This document shows positions 39,001 to 51,000 of a DNA stretch of 64,000 nt, one piece after another (the first letter of the stretch is position 1; every line of letters starts with the position of its first letter). The stretch spans positions 18,228,001 through 18,292,000 of the forward strand of contig OZ241829.1 of NCBI GenBank assembly GCA_965202585.1, given 5' to 3'. The position numbers and the translations under genes were made by a program. The notes below the pieces were generated by a model. The model was not told the DNA's origin. It searched no databases and worked only from the letters and a program-made list of their open reading frames with translations. This DNA comes from Thalia democratica (Eukaryota).

Positions 39001-42000
39001 AATAATCATCGCTACACGTCGTAAAAAACCAATCAGCTAAAGCATTCTCGCAATATTACAATTATACAAGAAAATATGATATTTACGGACAAAAAAGGTT
39101 AACGATTTACAACTCATTTCCCTTACTTTGAACTGAAACAGAAAACAACTCTGACTGATTGTCTAATAAGCTTAACAATTAAGAAAGTAATTTGTTACTC
39201 AAGAGAATATAAAGTTCAATCATTGTGTTTTGCTAGAAACACTGCTCTTAATTAATTCAATCAGAATTCTTATCGATCGCAGTTCAGAATTATTGTTCCA
39301 TAAATTTCACAACAACAATGTAAGATAAATTAACTTTTTGACTGAACTTATTAAGTTTCAAATAGATTTTCATTACTTATTTCATAGTGCGTTTACATTT
39401 TAATATGTTTCCTTTAATTAGAAGTAAAACAACAATTAAGAAATACATTGTCAAAAAAAAAATATCAGTATATATAAAAATGTGGGAGTTAAAATCAAAG
39501 CAATCGTTCTGCATTAATTTTAAAACAAGTACAGGAAATAAGTTGTTTTGAAACGATAAATTAACAACAACTCCTATTTATTTAAAAATATATCAAAAGT
39601 AAATATTTGATGTTTAAACAAAAATATCTTAACATATACTTGTTTACTTACGTAATAGACTTGTCATATACTCCTTAAACATGACTTGTTTAACAATTTT
39701 ACTCTATGTTATTAGTATGAATTTCAAATAACAACAAAATTTGCTAATTCAAGGTAAAGAAGAATTCTTAGTTACTACGCTTGAAAATTGTAACAATTTC
39801 AAACTTATTTAAGGCTTAATTCTATGTTAAAAAGTGTATAACAAATAAAAAATTACTTTTTACGTTTAAACAAAAAGAAGAATAAAAGTATTAATGTTTA
39901 AGAAAAATAGAAAAAAATTAACACAAACAATTAACAACACTGACATTAATTGAAATTAATTTTTAAACTTTGCAAGCATTTTAAACGAAAACAAACTAAT
40001 TTCTAAAGAATGTAGATCATAATACAAACAAAGAAAATAACAAACATGTATTCAACATTTTCTTAAAACTTGACCCTTCATTCAAGGAAGAAAAAATGCG
40101 TTAATTTTGCTAAAAGACTAAACTTGTTAGTAACGCTTCTTTTTATTAAGAAAAACATCAACGCGTGTTTGATAAATTGCAAGTTTAAAATACAGGACCT
40201 TTTAACGTGCTTTTGTTTTGCTGCGCATAGCTAAACAAAAACTAAATTAGTTTTATTGCTCAACGCTAAAACTCAAGTGTCGCTGATAATAATTTAACTG
40301 CTTTGTAGAATTAGTCATCGCTCGGTTCGTCAGCGTAATTAATCGTGAACTTGTATTTTACGCAAACTTATAAGGTTGGCTTATTTTATTCACTGGCTCA
40401 TTGTAAATATTGTTTCGCTGCTGATATCGCTTAAGATGACGAATATTTTTAAACGCTTTACTTGTGCACGAATTATTGTTTACAAGCAATGAACTTGAAG
40501 TGTAATTACTATTAGAAGGGCTGATATAATCTGTATTGACAATAAGTTTAGAACGTTGATACGGTTCTCCGAAACGTTGTTTTTCTAGCTCATTATTGAC
40601 TATATGTGTTTCTGCACTTGTCATATTAAAGGATTTTACGGTCGGCACGGGTAGCCTTTCCATAATCGAAGGCTGCTTTGTTATGACGTCACAATAGGCT
40701 TCTGCGCTATCAACCTCGTTACTATCTCCAACCGGCGCGAAAGACGTCGATTGTTGTTCAGCATCAACCTGAACATCATCTGTATTGCTAAAATTTTCTG
40801 ACTCTCTTAACTCGTTTTCCGATTTTAGAGAAGTCTTAAGGTTACTAATATCGCCGCTAAGGTGCGTTAACGCGGTTGATTCTGAGTCGGAATCAGTTTG
40901 CTCAGATGTTTTAAAAACACAGCCGACTGTCTTAACAAGAGGTGAATCTCCCCTCTCCTCCCTACCTCTTACTGTCGGGAGGAGGGGTGCCCGTTTTTTG
41001 GATTAAAGGAGCCCTGCCGATTATGAAAATTTTGGTTGTTTGGGGGATGCCCTTGACTTGGTAAGTTGGTTTGATTATTAAACGGAGGCCCTTGATTATG
41101 AAAACCTTGATTAAATTGAGGACCTTGTCCCTGGAAATTACTCGGACCATTGGTATACCCTGAATTATTATATCTATTGTTAACCTGAACGGGGTTCTGG
41201 TTAAAAACTTGGCCGTTTGGTGGCATTACATTCTGATACTGCATGTGGTTCGGCTGAACGTTGCCGAACCCCATGTTATTGTTCGCTACGTTCTGATAGT
41301 TTATATTACTGTCGTAACGCGCGTTTTGATTATTATAATCGTTTTGTTGATCGTTCAACTTGATTACTTTGATTATGTCTATAAGGGCGACGCGAAGATT
41401 GCTGTACATGCGAATTTTTATTATTATTTTGTTTCTTTTTATGAAAATTCTGCGATCTTTGCTCATAACGAAATTCTTGAGCTTTTTCTAGTATCTCCGA
41501 GTGAGATCCAGAGTAAATCTGTTCAATTTTTACTAAAAAATCTTCTAATTTAAGCGTAAAAGCTTCTTCAACTTTCTTTTTTAGTTCGATTGGACATATA
41601 GCTGACATAAAATACTTTATCATACTTTCCTTATCAGCTTTAGACAACTTTTCAGCTAGGCACTTATCTGACTGGAAAGACGCCTGCCCTAAAGTACTCT
41701 GTTTAAATCGAAGTATATGTGGCAAACTAGATTTTTTGCCAATAAGATAAGTTTTTAAATTAGGATAATTAAAATGACACTTGCTATTAGTTTCGCGAAA
41801 ATCTATTATGTCATCTCGAGGCCAAATGTGAATCAGTAACTCTAGTTTCTCACGATCGCTATCGATATGAAACGACTTACAGCGCGACTCAAATAATTCG
41901 AGTTCCGCGCGAGGTTCCGAAATATTTCGAAGTTGTCTAAATAACTTCGCATTTTCGATTATCTTACGGCGCAATCGATCTTGTTCAGTTTCAAAACATC

Positions 42001-45000
42001 GAGCGCCGTTTTCTAAATTATAAACATTGTTATTATCTGACAATGATTCAGTCATTAGCGCACGTAACTTGTTTCGTAAAGCGTTCGTGCGACGATTTTC
42101 TTTTATTGTCTTAATCCTTAGCTCTAATTCGCTTAGGCTAAGATTTTCTATATCGTCCTGCCTATTACTAAGGTGCGGACTAACTTGTACAATTTCAGCA
42201 GCGTTTCTTTGATAAATCGAAGAGTGCGAGTTATCTACGCTTGCTGTATATAAATCGTGCGAGTTTTGTGGATACGAGGAAGCTTCGTTGTTCGCTATCG
42301 TTCCTGGTTCGCAATAAATTCTTTCTGGGTGTGCAGAGGCTTCATTGATCGCTTGCACGCCAGAAAATTCTGCCTATTATCTAAGGTATTATATTTTTTT
42401 ATAGTAATGGGTTCAGACCCGAGGAGGACGCCACTGTGACGATCGCTCGGCTCTTCGGTACTTTGCCTATACGGAGCCGGCGGTCGAGACTTCTCTGTTT
42501 CGCTAACAACGGGATCAGGCGCGTTGGCTGACTCAGAGCGAGTAGTCATTTTGACCAATTTCTTTGCAACTTGTTTTGAATTCATGTCGCGCTACTTATC
42601 GATTAATACACCGCGAATGAATGGTCAAGTAGTATAAGCTAAAACAACAAAAATGTATAAACACAATTATTTATTAAAAGAACTCACAACGTAAAATATA
42701 AAACACCAATAATACTTTATAATCGTAAGTAAATGAACACAAGTATAATATAAGACTAAAACTAGCAAAAAGTAAAACACTGACTTTTATTCTGTATCGT
42801 CTATGCGATCAAGAAGCGCACGCGATAAAAAGCGACGTAATCGTTCATGCGTAGTATATATAGTGCTTTAACAACCCCTTTTTCCCAATTCTCTCAATTT
42901 ATAACAGAGCATGTCTGTTAGACTGCTACAGTATTTTTGATTATCTTTTTTTAAATACATGTTAGTTTTTTTTTTAGTAATACATAGAGTTTTTTAATGC
43001 TATTTATTTAATTAAACTTTACTTACCTTTAATATTCTTACAATAAACTAACAATTAGACTTTAATTATATTTTTATAGTCTTATATCTAGTATATATGC
43101 TACTTAGTTCTAATATATACACACCTCTAGGTAACTACAAAAAATTAATTTTAAAGACTCTGGGCCTTTTGATTACCATATAACGCTTGAATTTAAAATG
43201 TAGACTGCGGAGCTCCTGATAACATAGAAGACGGCCGTTACCGCATCAACCAGTACGAAGAAGTGGTAACCGGATTAGGATCAGTGATTAGGATTCCTCA
43301 GCGCGTCACCTACATCTGCACCGAAGGATTCCAAACTCCGCCAGGGTTCGGAACCGTGTCTACGTGTGCGACGTCAGGAAAGTTCAGACCACGCCCCGTC
43401 TGTGTGAAAAGTAAGTTTTCCTTGATCATGCTTAAAATTAAGTAAAATCACAGTAGTTTACTACATTCTTAAAAATATATGCTGTGTTTCATTAGTAGTT
43501 AGACATCTTTTACTTTTTTTGTAATGGAAAGTTTTATATTTAGATATTACTATTCCTTTCTAGGCATGTTATCTTTTAAACAAAAGTAAGTTTAAATAAT
43601 TAAGTATTAGGATGCTGTAACTGGTAGATATACAATTATCGCTTCTAGATTATACCTAGAAACTAACGTGATTATTGATTCTAGAATGTCCCTCTCCACC
43701 AGAAGGTTCACTATCAACAATGACAGTAGACTACAGTTACCAAGCAGGCGTGTTTTGGAGCGGTACTAAGGTTACTTACACTTGTGTTGAAGGATACTCT
43801 TTCAAGTACAACCAACCTGAAGTTCTTACCTGCAGGAAAGATGGCACCTGGAGTCATAAAAGCGCTCCTGAATGCAGACAGAGTTTGTTTTTTGTTATCA
43901 ATTTTTGACAAAAACTACGTTAAACGCTCTAAACAGCCAGTTTATAGTTTAAAGTTGTACAAATTATATCTATAAAATTTACTTCAAGGAGGTTTTTTAA
44001 ATCAAGTAGTATATAAGTTTGTTTATTCAAGAAAAGTATGAGATTTTTGTTACCTACTTTTTGTTTCAGTAAGATATTTGAAAAATACTCACAGAAAACA
44101 ATTTTTAGTATTTCGCTAAAAAATTTAAAAGTTCAAGTTCTGATACTGAACTTGCTTTAAACATTTTATACTTATTAATTTCTAACAGCATGTTCGGTAA
44201 TTCCACTCGTGAACAACAGCAGACGAGTAGTAGAGTCCTATGAAAGTTCCGACAACGGGATTATTCAGAGCATAGAAATTAGGTATGTGTGTCTTCGCGG
44301 GCATGTTTTTAATCGAAAAGAAGACGCTGGTAAAATTTTTCCTTGCACATCAAAGTACGGGTGGAGCTTTACAAGATTACCGCAGTGCGTTAGAGGTAGG
44401 TATTGCTGTTTTAAGAAATCATTATAAAAACAATGTTTAGAGTATAACGTTGATCAATTTTAGTTGAAGGTTAGTTTGTAATCAGAATTATTGTTACTTA
44501 TAGCCTGAAACTAAAACTCATTAAAAAATAAAATAAAGATAACGTAGGTGAAACTATAATCTTTTTTTAGTCTTGACTGACAACCTTAAAAAACGAATTT
44601 TGCTTATTTTTGACATTGTTTGTGATGTATGTGATAAAATTGTATTACTCTGATGAGCGTTGTCCAACAACAAGTAGAAAACAATTTATAAATTATGTTT
44701 CAATAAGTTACATGGCTTTAAGTCAGAAAACTAAAAAGATTCATTTTTTCCATACATACAACAAACTTGTAATTTTACAGCTAACAATGTTTTACTTATT
44801 TTTGGAAGTTAAAATCTAGCTACATAAAAAAACAATAAAAAATTTATTCAAACATATCAAAACCTACCATTCTTGAAGTTAAATGTGCATGGATAACAGT
44901 TTTGTTACTTTAAACAGAGTGTGACAAAATACCGTCTGTCGAAAACAGTGCTCCTACAAACGCGCCATCACTGCTCATTCCCGGTACAGTCGTGCCTCAT

Positions 45001-48000
45001 AAATGCTTTGAAAACTTTGTGGAAACGGCAGGCAATATAACTTGCGGATCAGACGGAAAATGGAGACCTACTATGGAGTGCATTCCAGGTAATTTCGCTT
45101 GAAATAATTTTTTCAGTAAATAAGAGTTTTTTTCTACCTAATCAGTTGTTTATAGTATAGATTAAACGGGTGCAAGTTATTTCAAAATTTGACTGTTTAA
45201 CTTCTTTCAACGATTTTTAAAGGGCCATAACTCAAAAAGTAACATACATTTGAAAAATAAAAATCCTATTTTTAGACCTAGTTAACACCTAAAAATACTT
45301 TCTTTAGTTTTGCAAAATCTTTTATATTTTTTGAGATATCGCTGAAACAAGTTTAAAATATAGTAACTTTAATTAAATTTTTAAATTCTCTTTAAATATT
45401 TTTTTTTCAGTTGACTTTTATTATTACAATCTTATTAATTAGACATACAATCGTTCTTTTGATTTTTTTAATGTATATACTTTTATGAGTTATGGCCTCC
45501 TTAACATTTTTTAAGAATTTAATTGTCGGAATTGAAATTGTCATGTAACAAAGTTAAACATACTTTTAATTGCAGCTTAACAGTATAAATTTTTGTATTT
45601 TAATTCTTATGAAAATCAAAGAAAATATTTTGTCAAAGTATTTAATTCATTAGAAAAATAAACACAGATTGTGGGTCTTCACCAACCTTTCCACAAACTT
45701 ATAAGTTGGTAAACTACCGCAACATCAGTAAAGATATCAGCTTAGAAACTTCAGTTGAGTACTTTTGTGAGGAAGACCGTTACATGATGCCTGATCCTAG
45801 GGTAACCTCACAAATATTCACGTGCGATACTGGTGGACCTTGGGACATTGCTTCCATTCACTGTTTAAAAAGTGAGACCATAAAGCCTTTAGACCACAGT
45901 TTATAAATATTTGTCAAAGATTCAAAACTTTTGAATAGTTTGTTTTATGTAGTCAAACACAGTTTACACTCACAAAGTACAGCTGTATGAATTTATACTC
46001 ATCTGTTTTTCTTAAAGTAGTGCTTAAAATAACCGGTTCTTGATTTTAAGATTGCTAAAAGTTTGATCTTATAGTTTATAACTGATACAATTTATTTTTT
46101 TTTTGGTTAAAAGTGCACTTTATAAAAATAGTCAAATCGTTTTTTACTTTATGAATACCAAATAAAGATCTTAAAATATAACGAAAAATACTTTAATTTT
46201 TGCATTAGAACTTCTACAAACTTTTTACAGAGTGCCCGAAAGTAGAAACTTCTAGCAAAGTCATCATGGAGACTTTAAATGTTATCCACGACGATGTATC
46301 TTACTTATCCGGCACCGTTTTGAAATTCACATGCCCAGCTGGATACGTCGTTAATAACCCTGAACTTTCTCAGGCAACGTGCACCGACCAAGGTTCATGG
46401 AACTCAACTTTACCTACTTGTCACAGAGGTAAGTTTAACTTAAAAACGACTCAAAAACGTAGATGCAAAAGATAATAATTTCAATTTATAATAGAAATTC
46501 GTATAACACTGTGTGTTATCTCTTTAAGCTTGTTCAAAACTGGAAGCCATACCAAACGGAAAACTAGTCAGTCATAGCCAAAAACGTAAAGGATTCTACT
46601 TGGATGGTGATGTTTTTAATTATATTTGTAATGATGGTTACATTTTTCACTTTGGAACATCAGATGATTACATTTACAAGTGTTTAGATGATGGGAATTA
46701 CGACAACATTATAACACCTCTCTGCATTACAAGTGAACACATTTTATATGAATATAAACTTTGTAATACATAAAAAATTGATGTACAAGTTATACTTTCA
46801 AGTTATCATTATTTTTATTTTATTTGTTCTGAGAGAAAATTTTATTTGAGGTTCCGCAACAAACTTTGTAGCGTTTTCTACGTACGGAAACACTCTAGAT
46901 TATTTATTTATCTATTTAACTTTATCTTATTCTAGTTATTTTCGTACCGCAATAAAACATCTGACTGAAGCACATTATACTTTGATAAAACTAGCTTAAT
47001 CTTACAAAGTAAGATTTCATTTGCACCATAACTTTGTCTAACAACTATTTTTCTTTTGCTTAATACACGTCTAATATTTGTAGGATGTCCTTCACCTCTT
47101 GAAGAAGAATTTGTAAGCTGGAAAATAGAGTTCAGCTACAAAGAAGACGAGTTTTGGAGTTATACTGAAGTAACCTACAAGTGTAAACCTTCACATAGTT
47201 TTCTGTGGGGTGAAAATAAAATGCGAACTTGTGAAATAAATGGAACTTGGGACTTCCAAAATGCTCCCAGATGTGCTCCAAGTAAATTAGAATTAAAAAT
47301 ATTAAGAAAATGTAGCTGATACTCTAAAGGCAAATGTATTTTTTATTTTGCTTTAAAAATAGCATTTAAATAATTTAGACGAAAAATAGTAATGAGTAAT
47401 GATACAAATAAAAAAAAACAAAAATAATCGTAACTTATTGTATTTCTTAAGTTTTCTTTTTTTATCTCCTTATAACTCTCATTTTAACTTACATATATTA
47501 CTCTAATAAGTATTATTAAGTGTAGATTTAGTTTTTTTTTATAAAAAATTTTAATGACTTACTATATATTATTTTTAAAATCATATTTGATCTCATTGTT
47601 ATTATAATCAATATTTTAGAAGATTGAATTTTAGTCTTACGTATTAAAGTTTCAAAAAGTTCTTAGTTAAGGCATACAATCAACTAAATACATTTCAACA
47701 AAAATCATTCTAAACTTATACTTCCTTCATATTAATACTAAACTAACTAATTTTGACATTTTTAACAAAAAACAAAAAATAATAATTAATACCCATTAAA
47801 AAAAAATTAACAATTAAAGTTATATATTTTCGAGAATTCGGAATAATAGTTAACAAGATAATAACTATCAGAGGTATGATAATTCATAATTATATCATGT
47901 TTTGTTTTTGTAAGTATTTCACAAACATAAAAGTTTAGCTTTAATATGGAGAAGTGTTATTAAACATCGCTTTTTTAGAAAAAATTCTAAAAATGAAACA

Positions 48001-51000
48001 GATCTTTTAAAATAGATACAACCAGTTTCGAGTTACAGTTTAAACCAAAACCTGTGTTATCCCAATAACTTAAATAACCTGTCATCTAAAGTTAAGATTA
48101 AACGATCAAGTTAACAGCTTATTTATTAACAACTTATGTAACAGTCTACTGTGCACAGCTTAAAAAGTTATCAGATATTCAATTAAATAGTATATTAAAG
48201 GCAAAAAACATTTTCTTTTTTTAGTCTGTGAAGTTCCTCCATATGTTCCAGATGCGAATGTAACTACAATTGAAACTGTAAGGCTTGAAAATGGAGAAGT
48301 TGAAGAAAGCACAATTGATTATCACTGTAATCCTGACTATTATCTGGCTAACGAAACTGCAAATGTTCGATTTCAGTGCAGTGTAGAAGCATTTTGGACG
48401 CCTAAAAAGCTAATAAGTTGTGTTAAAAGTAAGTTTAATAAGCTTATACAGTTAAACCACTAAATACAGATCATAAACGTTAACTTGATATTTTAATATA
48501 TTTTGTCACTTATTGTTTACTTGTGCAAACTTAAATAAGCGAAAAATATGCCGTACTTACAATAAATAGTTAATTTTATAATACTCAGAGTGCAATACAA
48601 TACCAACCATAACAAATGCACATTTTTACAATTTTACTTACCTAAATCAAAGAAGAGACGTTTATTTGAATAGAACAGAAGTTGAATACAAATGCATTGA
48701 AAACTTTGTGCCAAAAAAGTTTAAAATGACTTGCATTGAAAATGGTGAATGGACCCCAACTTTTCAGTGTTATCCAGGTTTTTAATTTTGTATCTAATAA
48801 AAGTTTCAGTTTAAAATAATCATCTAAGTTATCTTATTATCAATACACAATGTTAGATTAGTTATTTAATACATTTTTAAAACATCTAAATTTTAGTAAA
48901 TTTAATTTGAAATATTTAGTGAAAAATTTATAACTTTTAAATTTTTACAGATTGTGGTCCATCACCAGATATACCAAACACAGTGAAAAGTTTCGATAGG
49001 ATAGGTAACGTCGATTCAAATACTACAGTTGAGCAAATGGTTTCTTATACTTGCATACATCCGTACTTTTTACTACCACAGGCTGTAGATACCACTCGTA
49101 ATTGTGTAGATGGATCCTGGGTCTACAACGACTTTAAGTGTTTACAAAGTTAGTTAAAACAGGTTGTTAATAATGTATGCTTGGTTCTTTCTTGGATCTT
49201 TGCGTTTTTAACAAAACTGAAATGAACAAGTTCAGAGTAGTTTTTAGATACTAGTTTGCTAAAAGTTTGTTATTAAAATTAACTTATTTTTGGACGTTAT
49301 GTGCAATAGTTTAATTTCTTATGAATAAAGCATAAATAATACAAATCAAAGGACTCTTACAAAAAAATAATGTCTTCTTTCTAATCTAAGCATGAACATG
49401 CTTGAATCACAAATATTTTTTGCTACTTTTTTATGAAGTTTCTTTAAGTACATAAATTAAATAAATATAGTTTTATAATATATATTTTATCTTAGAATGT
49501 GTCTTTATTATTACTTTTTAAATACAGAATGCCAGAAAATTAAATTAAGTGACAAACTAAAGTTTGAAATTATCCAGAAAGTAAGCTATGAGGATGGAAC
49601 ACTTTTTGAAGGTTCGATAATCGAGTTTAGTTGTGAAGACAACTTTATTCTTAGTGATTCAGATAAAACACACGCTGAATGTGTGAATAATGGAGAATGG
49701 AACGTAACTGCACCTTACTGTGTAAGAGGTAGGCACTTTTTAAAGTATTATCTAGGAAAACAATCTAACTATGTTTTCAAAAGTTTTTTGTTAGTATTTC
49801 ATATTTTAGTTCATCTATTATACCTATATACTAAAGCTTTAGGTTTCTTTTGATATTAGTTTTGTTTTAAGTTTATTGAAAATTTAGATTGTGGATATCC
49901 TAAAAATATTACAAACGGTTACTTTAAAGTCAATTTGTATTCAATTGTAAACAACACTGAAAATGGTTCAGTGATGAAATTACCTCAAAAAGTCACGTAC
50001 TACTGTAATAATGGCCACGTCATTTCACCACATTCAACAGCAGTTTTTAACTGCGATGAAAACAGCGGAAGTTTTAATCCTCCAAAATGTGTGACAGGTT
50101 TGTTTTTGCCTTTGTATTGTTCTCTAAAACTCATTAAGTATAGAAAATTAAAAATGTGTTAATCAATAAAATTTCAATAACTAAGAACAAAATCTCTCAT
50201 TTTTTTATATACTGTTTTATAACCAACAAATTATTAATCAACAAATTATTTTTTCTGCTAATGAATATAGTTTAGTACCTTATATACTTTATTTTTAATG
50301 AAAAATTTTAAACGATCTAAATAAAGATAACAACTACTTTAGACTGCGGTCCACCACCAAAGAAAGACAATATGACGTATTCAGAAGACAGTGAAAACCC
50401 TTACTATTTAAACGGAAGCGTTGTGACTTACTACTGCGTAAACGGGTACGAAATACTCCCCACGGATCAAGACGAAATAGTTTGCGCAGATGGATCTTGG
50501 CAGGGAGTTGTAGGAAACTGTTATTCAGGTAGCGCGTTACGCATGTATGCATGATATATGACTTGACAAGCATTTGCGGTATACAGACTGTATGATTATA
50601 ACTTTTTAAAGGTGTAAGTTTAAGAAAACTTTTTAAGTTTTTTGTTAGTCATAGAAGTACTAATTTGCAAAATCAAAAAGTAAACAACAAAAGGCTTATA
50701 AAAGCAATACATAGTGTAATTTATTATTTATAAATTAAATTTACTGCTTTTATTTACAAAAAAAAACTTGATCTTTATTTGAGTGAACAATTTTGAAAAA
50801 CTTCACTCTATTTGCTTTTTCAATTTTATTTATTAAGTACTTGTTCAACCATTAAAAATATGAAACAATACTTATATTGTTTTCAGTTCACCGCTGCATA
50901 GAAGTTCCGTCCGTAACAAACGCCGATTACGAAGTAACGAAATGGATACACGACGGATCGTTGCTGCCAGGTACCGAAGTCAGGTACACCTGCGGGAACA

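Larger units (their letters stand above)
36479..42930 (-). mobile_element. LTR retroelement (Ty3/gypsy-like) with gag and env-like ORFs, pol absent
   Basis: Two 496-bp TG..CA LTRs, 4-bp TSD GTAT (36475-36478 / 42931-42934), PBS, internal ORFs on the - strand. Confidence 0.95.

Noticed and set aside
42410-42433. tRNA gene (GGTTCA..CCA)
   Set aside because: Only a 3'-end-like stretch next to the LTR with encoded CCA; this is the PBS, and there is no cloverleaf.
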